Under the pieces are notes generated by a model. That model made no database searches. It had not been told where the DNA came from and saw only the letters and a list, made by a program, of their open reading frames with translations. The translations under genes were made by a program, and so were the position numbers. A DNA stretch of 25,070 bases from an uncultured Methanomicrobia archaeon (GTDB lineage Archaea; Halobacteriota; Bog-38; Methanoflorentales; Methanoflorentaceae), in the NCBI GenBank assembly GCA_964557335.1, contig CAZKZX010000001.1:1-25070 (forward strand), read 5' to 3'. Each line of letters begins with the position of its first letter. The stretch's first letter is position 1. Below are positions 8,869 through 17,441 of the stretch, one piece after another.

Positions 8869-10125
8869 TTGGATATTGAAATCTTCTTACGAAATTTTAG
8901 AGGGCCAACGTTAACGCGGCTCATCATATTCCTTTCCATTATGGGCCCTGGGATAATCACCGCCAGCGTAGATAATGATGCGGGTGGTATCACCACTTAT
9001 TCGTTGGCAGGCTCTCAATTTGGCTACCTCATGCTGTGGACGTTCATCCCTATGACCGTCGCATTAGCCGTCATTCAGGAGATGGGTGTGCGAATGGGCG
9101 TCGTATCCGGAAAAGGACTTGCTGCTCTTATCCGCGAGAAGACGGGGGTGAGAGTCACCTTTTTCGTGATGCTAGCATTGATAGTTGCTAATTTTGGGAA
9201 CATACTCGCTGAATTTTCAGGAATAGCGGTAAGTGGCGAAATATTTGGTGCGCCGCGCTTTATTGCTCTGCCCTTAGCCGTGGCATTTGTCTGGGGTTTG
9301 GTCATAAAAGGGAACTATAAAAGTGTCGAGAAAATTTTTTTGGTAGCATCATTTCTCTATGTCTCATACATTGTAGCGGGTATTTTGGCTCACCCGGATT
9401 GGCACACGGTAGCAGTAAGATCGTTCGTGCCGCAAATAACCTTTAATCAAGCATATATCACGATGATCGTGGGGCTGGTGGGAACCACAATCGCGCCGTG
9501 GATGCAATTCTATATTCAATCATCAATAGTTGAGAAAGGCGTCACGATAAAAAATCTCACGTATTCAAAAATAGATGCAATTTCAGGGGCTATAATAATC
9601 AATATTGTAGCTATTTTCATCGTAGTGGCATGTGCAGCCACGATCTTTGTCAGTGGGGTGCAAGTGAATAACGTCGCTGATATCTCATCAGCGCTTCTTC
9701 CATTAGCAGGGGAGTATGCAAGCGTTCTGTTTGCATTTGGATTTCTAAATGCTTCACTATTTGCTGCAAGCATCTTACCACTTTCCACGGCTTACGTCGT
9801 CAGTGAGGGCTTGGGTCTTGAGGCCGGTGTATCAAAGGGTTTTAGAGAGGCGCCGGTATTTTATGGATTATATGTCGGTTTGATGATACCTGCAGCACTT
9901 ATCATTATGGTACCATCTACGCCATTGCTTTCAATATTATATCTCTCTCAGGTTGCAAATGGCATTTTGCTGCCCTTTGTATTGATCTTCATGCTTATCA
10001 TAATTAATGATAAATCGGTAATGGGGGAGCACGTAAACTCGAGGTTATTCAATTATATCGCTTGGGCAACGGTTATTATTATGATAGGGTTGAGCATCAC
10101 ACTTATTGTGATAGGGCTGTTATAA
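8869..10125 (+). CDS. Nramp-family divalent metal transporter, NRMT (Mg2+-type) subgroup
   Basis: About 11 TM segments. TM1 reads MGPGIITASVDNDAGGITTYS (DNDAGG rather than the MntH DPGN motif) and TM6 reads GTTIAPWMQF. TTG start. Confidence 0.9.
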   Translation: MDIEIFLRNFRGPTLTRLIIFLSIMGPGIITASVDNDAGGITTYSLAGSQFGYLMLWTFIPMTVALAVIQEMGVRMGVVSGKGLAALIREKTGVRVTFFVMLALIVANFGNILAEFSGIAVSGEIFGAPRFIALPLAVAFVWGLVIKGNYKSVEKIFLVASFLYVSYIVAGILAHPDWHTVAVRSFVPQITFNQAYITMIVGLVGTTIAPWMQFYIQSSIVEKGVTIKNLTYSKIDAISGAIIINIVAIFIVVACAATIFVSGVQVNNVADISSALLPLAGEYASVLFAFGFLNASLFAASILPLSTAYVVSEGLGLEAGVSKGFREAPVFYGLYVGLMIPAALIIMVPSTPLLSILYLSQVANGILLPFVLIFMLIIINDKSVMGEHVNSRLFNYIAWATVIIMIGLSITLIVIGLL

Positions 10126-10187
10126 GACAAAAAAGCGAGAGAACTCGAACCGTAAAAGTTAACATTTTATTCATAACATTACTGCCA

Positions 10188-11621
10188 ATGAACAACGCTT
10201 CGAAGTCTAACAAACTCGATAGCTTCGATGTTACTAATTTAGTTGTTGGATCTGCCGTTGGGGCGGATATCTACGTGGTTGCCGCGCTTGGCAGCGGCTA
10301 TCTCGGACCAGCAGTCCTCTTCGCTTGGGTGATAGGCGGTATAATTGCGATTATCATTGCATTAAATTTCGCAGAATGTGCGGCTCTCATACCCCGCGTA
10401 GGAGGGCCGTATGCCTATGCACGCGAAGCATGGGGGAACTTTACTGGCTTTCTCGTCGGCTGGGGACTCTGGATTGCTGAGGTTGCCGCACTTGCGGTCA
10501 TGCCGGTCGCTTTTGTGAGATATCTTACCTTCTTTATCCCCTCTCTCACGTGGGTGCAGGGCGCGGTAATTAAAGTCTTATTTGTTGTAGTCTTTACCTA
10601 TGTGAATATCCGCGGGACGGGACTCGCGGGAAAGACGAATGATGTCCTTACCATTGCAAAACTGAGTCCGCTGTTACTTTTGATTGTTTTGGGATTGGTG
10701 TATCTAGGCACAAATCCCGCCCAGACGTATTCCAATTTGATTCCTTTTGCCCCTCTCGGCTTTAGCAACTTTGGACCGGCACTTATTCTCGCCTTTTGGG
10801 CCTACGCGGGGTTTGAACTTGCTGTTATTCCTTCCAATGAAATAGAGGACCCCACAATAACAATCCCCAAAGCTATGGTCATAGGCATGACGATCGTGAC
10901 CTTGTTTTACTTACTAACAAATTTCGTCGTAGTTGGGGCCATCAACTGGACAACACTCCAATTTGACCCTGCACCGCTAGCCTCAGCTGGGAGTGTAATT
11001 TTATCGTATACGCCAGCACTCGCTGCCATTGGCGGGGCGATTCTTGGACTCGGTGCGCTTATATCCATTTCAGGATTTGATGAATCTGGCACGTTAGCAA
11101 CTTCCCGATTGTCCTATGCGATCTCTCTTGACGGGCTGTTTCCTAAGTTTTTTAGTCAAATACATCCAAAATACAACACACCCTACAAAAGTCTGATAGC
11201 ACAGAGCACTATTGCGCTTTTTGGATCACTGGTAGGAGGGTTAAGCCAGCTTATAGTGTTCTCGGTTTTCAATCTCGCGTTTGTGTACCTCGTGACGTGT
11301 TCAGTAGTTTTGGTGTTAAGAGAGCGAAAAAAGCCCGAGGTGGGGCAGACAGTTGTCGAGAGATTGACCGGTCCAATCATACCTATCGCTGGTGTGATTT
11401 TGTCCGCTTATTTGTTACTGATAAGTGGTATTTCGACAATTATTTTCGGAATTATCACGATTTTGATAGGAGTACCCATTTATGTAGCGTATGCGCCGCG
11501 CACAGAAATGGAGACGTTGAAAAGAGAATTTCTTTCGACTGAGGCTATGCTATCAAGAGTTGCACGAACGCAAAGGGTTTTTCTCGGATATCTTTTTAGG
11601 CTCTTACGGAGGCATCTATAG
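10188..11621 (+). CDS. APC-superfamily amino acid/polyamine permease
   Basis: GS.VGADI, FAEC.A.IPRVGG.Y.YA, FWAY.GFE and R..YA...DG.FP..F..IH motifs; about 12 TM. Start moved from 10062 to the ATG at 10188 because the extension overlaps the upstream gene. Confidence 0.92.
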   Translation: MNNASKSNKLDSFDVTNLVVGSAVGADIYVVAALGSGYLGPAVLFAWVIGGIIAIIIALNFAECAALIPRVGGPYAYAREAWGNFTGFLVGWGLWIAEVAALAVMPVAFVRYLTFFIPSLTWVQGAVIKVLFVVVFTYVNIRGTGLAGKTNDVLTIAKLSPLLLLIVLGLVYLGTNPAQTYSNLIPFAPLGFSNFGPALILAFWAYAGFELAVIPSNEIEDPTITIPKAMVIGMTIVTLFYLLTNFVVVGAINWTTLQFDPAPLASAGSVILSYTPALAAIGGAILGLGALISISGFDESGTLATSRLSYAISLDGLFPKFFSQIHPKYNTPYKSLIAQSTIALFGSLVGGLSQLIVFSVFNLAFVYLVTCSVVLVLRERKKPEVGQTVVERLTGPIIPIAGVILSAYLLLISGISTIIFGIITILIGVPIYVAYAPRTEMETLKREFLSTEAMLSRVARTQRVFLGYLFRLLRRHL

Positions 11622-11710
11622 CAAAAGCAGACAGTTGAGCGGGCTACTGGAAGAGACGCTTTTCCCCGTTGCAGCAAGTTATTTAAAAGTAGTAAATAAT
11701 AGTGAGCGGT

Positions 11711-11959
11711 ATGGACCCCACGGGATTTGTAATACTACTTATTATAGCCTTTGCAATTTTAATTGGCGTTTACCTGGCGCTAAAGGCAGCTAAGTATTTG
11801 ATAGTTCATGCAATATTAGGCGTAGTTGTTCTTTTTATTGCCCGTTTGATTGGGATTGGCGTTGCAATAGACTGGAAAACCGTGATTATATGCGCAATAG
11901 GCGGTGTGCCGGGTGCAATACTCGTTATAATTCTATATTTTTTAGGAGTTCACCTTTGA
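11711..11959 (+). CDS. Small membrane protein of the pro-sigmaK processing inhibitor BofA family
   Basis: 82 aa with 3 hydrophobic segments and the ending H.ILG..VL......G....I.W....ICAIGGVPGAILVIIL. ATG at 11711 chosen over GTG at 11702. Confidence 0.75.
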   Translation: MDPTGFVILLIIAFAILIGVYLALKAAKYLIVHAILGVVVLFIARLIGIGVAIDWKTVIICAIGGVPGAILVIILYFLGVHL

Positions 11960-12064
11960 GGTGAAACAACAAATGACCTAAGGGGCTTTCTCTAGACTAT
12001 CAAGATGGTGTGTAAACTACACTCATTACTAATCCTTTTATTCACAGCCTTGCATTAATTATCT

Positions 12065-12682
12065 ATGGTCAACAACACTCTAGGCGTCATTGCGGTTATA
12101 TTCGATATAGGAAATACCCTTGTTCCTACTACTAATTTTGTTTATAAAGCGATTGTTGAAGCATTTACTTTAAACGGACTAAAAGCACCCCAATTTAAAG
12201 AGATGCTCAACATATCAGGACGATCTAAAAAAAATGTCTTCCCTCCACAAGTCTATGCTGACTATGAAAAAGTGATGAATGACCACGTCTATTTGCTCAA
12301 ACCATTTGAAGGTTCTGATAGGACTATTCGAACTTTGAAGAAGTTGGGGTACAAAATCTGCGCATTTACCGCCTTTCCCAAATCCGTTGTTAATACGATG
12401 TTTAAAACGTTTGGCTGGGACGTGCCGTTCCTCTCATCGGATGACGTTGAAGAAACGCGACCGTCGCCAATGGGCATCTTAAGGTCTGCGGACATGCTTG
12501 GAAGCAAGCCGAGCGAATGTGTGGCTGTTGGTGATACGATAGGTGATATACTAAGCGCAAAAGCAGCGGGGGCTCACGCGATAGCTGTAGCCACGGGATT
12601 ATTTAGCTACGATGTGCTACAGAGGGAGTCGCCCGATGCAGTAATTAAGGCCATAGAAGAAGTGCTTCAAATACTAAAATAA
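12065..12682 (+). CDS. HAD-superfamily hydrolase (subfamily IA, phosphoglycolate-phosphatase-like)
   Basis: Motif I VIFDIGNTL, motif II AFT, motif III RPSP, motif IV VGDTIGDI..AK.AG. Confidence 0.88.
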   Translation: MVNNTLGVIAVIFDIGNTLVPTTNFVYKAIVEAFTLNGLKAPQFKEMLNISGRSKKNVFPPQVYADYEKVMNDHVYLLKPFEGSDRTIRTLKKLGYKICAFTAFPKSVVNTMFKTFGWDVPFLSSDDVEETRPSPMGILRSADMLGSKPSECVAVGDTIGDILSAKAAGAHAIAVATGLFSYDVLQRESPDAVIKAIEEVLQILK

Positions 12683-13292
12683 GGCAGATTTCTACAAATT
12701 ATTGAAAGATAATTAGAACTCCGCAAACAGTCCGTTGTCTGCTTACAACTTTTAGTGTTCACCTTCTTTTGATTTTTACGAAACCATTTTGCTACTAAAA
12801 CTTTTCAGCAGACATAACGGCCGAAATCTTAGTTGTTGAAGCTTTTCAACAATTAAATTTTAATTTAATTGTGTCCGAATCGGGTTTATTGCTTGATCAT
12901 TGCCTGATTTATAAAACTCTGGTTGACGATGCTACAAACCTACTCATTCACAGTACAATTAGTGTTACTTGCTATAAGCGCGTTACTAGCGGGAAGCCTG
13001 TTATTCGCTTAATTGATTATTTAAGCGTCTGAGCGTCTATACGACTTCATTTCATGATATGAAGGCTGACATGAACGCTGCAGATCAGTCTGTATTTTAA
13101 CTTGCTTACAATAGAAGAAGTTTAAAGAGCAGCGCTTCATAACTGCGATCTAATATTCGTTCTTATGTTGTTAAGTCTTTTCAAATGCGGTTGTTACCTT
13201 TTTGACTACATCTTCACATTGGTTATTACGTGAGAGGCTCTATTCCTTATAGAGCGTACGCAAAAGGTCCCCGTTAGTCCAGCTTTATTACC

Positions 13293-13312
13293 ATAGCAAC
13301 TAATTTTGCTAT
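13293..13312 (-). terminator. Possible hairpin terminator just downstream of the ald-like gene
   Basis: ATAGCAA (13293-13299) / TTGCTAT (13306-13312) stem 4 nt past the stop. A second stem, GCTCTAT/ATAGAGC, lies at 13237-13255. Confidence 0.3.
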
Positions 13313-13316
13313 AGGA

Positions 13317-14606
13317 TTAATAACCGCCTTCCCTATTATTCAGAGAATGTTCAGCGATGACGTTTTCCAACGGAGTACAAGGCAAATCTAAAGATTGGGC
13401 CACTTCCTTGTTTACAAGTTTGCCATTAATTACATTTATGCCACTTTTCAATTCTGGCAAATCATATATCGCCTGTATTCCATGTTCCGCGAGAGCTAAC
13501 ACATAGGGAAAAATCGCTTGCCCCAACAAAGTTGTTGAAATTCTTGGGACTCGTCCGGGCATATTTGTAACCCCATATCGTATATTGCCAAACTCATCTA
13601 AGAAAACAGGGTTTTTATGCGTCGTTCCCCGTGAGCCGTAAATATTGCCCCCCTGATCAATTGAGATGTCCACAATTACCCTCTTTCTCGATGTTCGCAT
13701 TTTTTTAAGAACCTCTCGATCAATGATAAGTGCCGCTTTTCTACCGACAGTATAGGCAGCACCTATGATGATGTCTGTTTGAGTAAGATCAAATCTATAT
13801 TTTTCCTTAAGATAAGATGCTATATCTATGTCACGAAAGGCGCTAGGTGTTTCCAAGATTTGGATTTTAAAATCTTTCAATTCCGGTTGGGAGATAAAAA
13901 GTTGGAGCTCTGGTATTCTTTTTCCTTCTCTCTGAATTATGTAAACCTTAGCACCCATTTTGACCAATATCTTTGAGGCGTTTTTTCCTGCAACACCTCC
14001 TCCCAATACAAGAGCAGTTTTACCTGTCAGATCGTAAGGAGGCTCGTCGAATAATGTGCTATATGCAAGGCTGTTGAGGAGGCGTTCTAACTGCTCTTTT
14101 TCTTTAACGGAGACCTCTATTTTATCCCTCTTTATGTTCGCGTGTGTTAAATAAAAGGCAGCCTGATACGCTCCTAATACCCCAGCGACGATGCTGCTGG
14201 GCTCTAAAAGGATGGTTCTACCATCTTTTACTATCGTTTCATAGGCGATAGCAGTAACCCCGGATTTCATCAACGCTTTGGCAAGAAGCTTGTTACTCGC
14301 TAAGTGTAAAAACGTAAACAGAAGGTGATCGGGCCGTATAAAATCGTATTCTTCTTGCATGGGCTCTTTAACTTTTACGATTAGATCAGCCTTACCCCAT
14401 GATTCCTCAGCGGTTTGGACAACTGTTGCGCGTGCCTTTGTATAATCTTCATCAGAGTACCCCGCTTTCTCGCCTGCAGTGGTTTGAACGATAACCTTCA
14501 TGCCCTTTTCTGTTAATACGCTAACTGAGGAAGGGGTAAGACTTACCCTCCCTTCTTGTGGTTTTATTTCTTTTGGGACGCCAACAACCCAAGAAAGCAG
14601 CGTCAT
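13317..14606 (-). CDS. ald: Divergent alanine dehydrogenase (AlaDH/PNT family) homolog
   Basis: VGVPKEIK..E.RV.LTP, VKVKEP, FLHLA, AIAYET, VLGGGVAG, VDISIDQGG and YGVTNMPG.VP motifs. Start placed at ATG 14606 (MTLLSWVVGVPKE), matching the normal family N-terminus. Confidence 0.85.
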   Translation of the reverse strand: MTLLSWVVGVPKEIKPQEGRVSLTPSSVSVLTEKGMKVIVQTTAGEKAGYSDEDYTKARATVVQTAEESWGKADLIVKVKEPMQEEYDFIRPDHLLFTFLHLASNKLLAKALMKSGVTAIAYETIVKDGRTILLEPSSIVAGVLGAYQAAFYLTHANIKRDKIEVSVKEKEQLERLLNSLAYSTLFDEPPYDLTGKTALVLGGGVAGKNASKILVKMGAKVYIIQREGKRIPELQLFISQPELKDFKIQILETPSAFRDIDIASYLKEKYRFDLTQTDIIIGAAYTVGRKAALIIDREVLKKMRTSRKRVIVDISIDQGGNIYGSRGTTHKNPVFLDEFGNIRYGVTNMPGRVPRISTTLLGQAIFPYVLALAEHGIQAIYDLPELKSGINVINGKLVNKEVAQSLDLPCTPLENVIAEHSLNNREGGY

Positions 14607-15228
14607 GATGATGAAAAATCGCTTGTTTGTGGCTCTCCTCAAGGAAAAATACGACCTTAAATGAATTTTTTCAAATAAGCTAAAAGATTTCTTTAACAAC
14701 ATTTTCCCCCCTTGATACTACGTTGTAAATAATAGTAGTAGGAGAATGTCCCTCACACCTCGTAGTCCTCGAGAAGTAACAGCAGTAGTTAATGGATCAA
14801 CCGTTCACATATTTTGCTATTTCTATTTTTTAACGAGATAAGAAAACACGTTTTTTGTTATTTTTCCTTACGTCGAATAGAACAACCTGAATCACGAAAC
14901 ATATTTGAGCTTCGTGTTATGACAGTTGTCATAATTTAATATTATCCACTAAGTGGAAGAACAATTACACACAGAATCTGAAGTAGAAAAACTATTTTCT
15001 TGATTTATTAAATAAGAGTTTTAGATTTCTGTTAAAATCTGCTGCGTCTAAAAAAGCATTTCTCTATTTGAATTGCTAGCTCTTTTGGCGTTTCCGTATT
15101 CAAACGTGTTGGTGTCATTTCTCTACGGACTTTTGCCTACTTTACCTGGAAGCAAATCTTAAATTATATTATAACACACTTCATACTCTTTATCGTACGA
15201 CATTTCTGTGAGCTGAGTAACGCTAAAA

Positions 15229-16068
15229 ATGCCACGAAATAAAATTTTACACAAGGATTGTATTGCTGGGATCAACGAACACATTGATGACGGCCAAGTT
15301 GATGTCATCGTCACCTCACCCCCGTACAACATCGGCGTTAAGTATAGCACCTATTATGATGCAATCCCGAGGGCAGAATATCTAAGCTGGATAGAAGACG
15401 TCACTAAGGAGTGTAAAAGAGCATTAAATGATAAGGGCTCACTATTTCTCAATTTAGGATACAAACCGAAAGACCCGTGGATTGCCTGGGAAGTCGCTTT
15501 TAGACTCAAGCCGCACTTAAAACTACAAAACGTTATCCATTGGATAAAGTCAATTGCAATTTCTCGCGACGACGTGGGCAAAGCTCAAAGCGTAGCTGGG
15601 GATATCGCTGTCGGACACTACAAACCCGTAAATAGCAAATATTTTGTCAACAAATGCCACGAATATGTCTTTCACTTTACCAAATATGGTGATGTCGAAC
15701 TGAGCAAACTTGAGATAGGCGTACCGTATCAGGACAAGAGCAATATACGACGATGGAAGGGTTCAAAACGTGGAATAAGAGATCGTGGCGACACGTGGTT
15801 TATACCATATACAACTATAAAAGCGAGGGAGAGAGATCGGCCACACCCTGCAAGTTTTCCGTTCAAATTACCGATGATGTGTATAAAATTGCACGGCGTA
15901 GAAAATACAAAACTGGTCTTGGATCCATTCATGGGAATTGGAAGTACCGCGGTAGCGTGTAAGAAGCTTGGGGTCGATTATATCGGATTTGAAGTGGACG
16001 AAAATTACATTGAAATTGCCGAAAAAATACTTAATAACGAGTCATTTATTAATTGCTCTACTAAATGA
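15229..16068 (+). CDS. Site-specific amino-DNA methyltransferase (N4-cytosine/N6-adenine), beta class, apparently orphan
   Basis: Catalytic motif [11 protein letters not shown] comes before the SAM-binding motif [12 protein letters not shown] (beta order); HPASFP and IGFEVDENY are also present. Confidence 0.92.
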   Translation: MPRNKILHKDCIAGINEHIDDGQVDVIVTSPPYNIGVKYSTYYDAIPRAEYLSWIEDVTKECKRALNDKGSLFLNLGYKPKDPWIAWEVAFRLKPHLKLQNVIHWIKSIAISRDDVGKAQSVAGDIAVGHYKPVNSKYFVNKCHEYVFHFTKYGDVELSKLEIGVPYQDKSNIRRWKGSKRGIRDRGDTWFIPYTTIKARERDRPHPASFPFKLPMMCIKLHGVENTKLVLDPFMGIGSTAVACKKLGVDYIGFEVDENYIEIAEKILNNESFINCSTK

Positions 16069-16299
16069 GAGCTCAGTTGAAGGATTTATGACACCTGTCT
16101 GAGTAGTAATGGAATTTTCACCTAAGTTTTAGTAAAGTCGCCAACTGACGTAATATCAGAGGGGCTTCAAATGCAGAATGTCATTCGTAACAAAAATGCT
16201 ATATGGCGCAGATATCGAAGTCATCTGCGGAGTAAAAAGTTGGCATAAGGTTGGCTAAACCATACGATGAATCATTTTTCGTGATTTTATGCTTCTTTT

Positions 16300-17418
16300 T
16301 TAAATATTCTTCATAAAGCGTTCTTTTATTTCAACTGCAGTATATGGGATATCTCGCACATCTGCATTTCCTGGCTTTATTACAGCGTGGATGAACTTCA
16401 GCCCTCCTCTTTGTTCAAGTGCAGCGTTCAAATCTTCTGCCTTATATGCCTTACAGGTGTTTTCAATCCCGAAGCCCCGTGCTAACAATTCGAGGTCCAT
16501 TTTTTGACTCGCCGTTTGTTGGTTGCCCGTTGAACCGTACGTTCCATTATCGAGGGCGACAATCGTGAGGTTTTCTCTGCCGAATTGTGATACGCTACAG
16601 AGAGCGTTGGGATTCATAAGGAGGCTTCCGTCGCCATCAAGGACAATAACGTCTCTCCTAGTGTACAAAGATACTCCTAAACCTATAGAAGACGCGAGCC
16701 CCATGCTCCCAAGCATATAGAAGTTCGTGGGCTGATCACACACTGCATAGAGTTCCTTACTCGGCACGCCGATGTTCGAGATGATGATTTTACCCTCTAG
16801 ATGAGACAACATTGCCCGAATCGCATCGTACCGCGTCATAAGTACATGCTCGAATGGAGATGTATTGATCGTCACTGGACATTCAGCTCTTCCACGCTTC
16901 ACTGTGTGATTAACGTCAAGTGAAGCGCACTCCCACAGCTGGGGAGATATAAGAATGACAACAGGTAAACGCGTTTCAAAAGACGTTCTTATTCCTTCAT
17001 TCATTAGAAAGAGGTCGTCAATTGTGTGTACTTCATAACTTTGAACCTCTAACGCAGTTAAAACTGCCCTTAAATGCGTGCCCCAATACACCTGCGCCTC
17101 TATGCCCTCTCTATACACTCCTCTCCAACTTGCCACAATTGGGAGGGGTATTTCATACGTAAAACTCAAAGAAGAGAGCGCGTTTAAAAGATTTCCTATT
17201 CCTGTGCTTTGAATGAGCATGAGTGGATGCGCCCCGGCAAGGTAAGCGCCGGCGCATATGCCAACCCCATCCTCCTCTCTTGTCAGTTGAACTTCAAAGA
17301 AGTTATCAGAAACAAGAGGCAGCAGATTTTTAAGCCTGTCGCAAGGAAGAGTCGCAACTAAATCAATCTTATTTCTTTTAAATAGCTCAATAATTGCCTG
17401 TTCTGCTGCCATGTCCAT
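16300..17418 (-). CDS. comDE: Fused sulfopyruvate decarboxylase ComD-ComE
   Basis: ComD half has LPCD, TREEDGVGICAGAYLAG and SWRG. ComE half has MTRYDAI, NFYMLGSMG and the ThDP motif GDGSLLMN...DNGTYGSTG. It lies 23 nt downstream of cysteate synthase. Confidence 0.93.
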   Translation of the reverse strand: MDMAAEQAIIELFKRNKIDLVATLPCDRLKNLLPLVSDNFFEVQLTREEDGVGICAGAYLAGAHPLMLIQSTGIGNLLNALSSLSFTYEIPLPIVASWRGVYREGIEAQVYWGTHLRAVLTALEVQSYEVHTIDDLFLMNEGIRTSFETRLPVVILISPQLWECASLDVNHTVKRGRAECPVTINTSPFEHVLMTRYDAIRAMLSHLEGKIIISNIGVPSKELYAVCDQPTNFYMLGSMGLASSIGLGVSLYTRRDVIVLDGDGSLLMNPNALCSVSQFGRENLTIVALDNGTYGSTGNQQTASQKMDLELLARGFGIENTCKAYKAEDLNAALEQRGGLKFIHAVIKPGNADVRDIPYTAVEIKERFMKNI

Positions 17419-17441
17419 TTTAGTTTCGTCAGCGCTATGGT

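Noticed and set aside
10062-10187. N-terminal extension of the APC permease
   Set aside because: It overlaps the Nramp gene and has no family similarity; ATG 10188 fits better.
14607-14702. 32-aa N-terminal extension of the ald ORF in the ORF track
   Set aside because: Family similarity begins at MTLLSWVVGVPKE and the extension looks non-coding.
15032-15118. 28-aa minus-strand ORF (MTPTRLNTETPKELAIQIEKC...) as a remnant restriction endonuclease divergent from the MTase
   Set aside because: Too short, with no PD-(D/E)xK, HNH or HTH signature; cannot be supported without a search.
16207-16229. CGCAGAT/ATCTGCG hairpin between the convergent MTase and comDE
   Set aside because: A plausible terminator, but a single 7-bp stem with no U-tract is within chance expectation.
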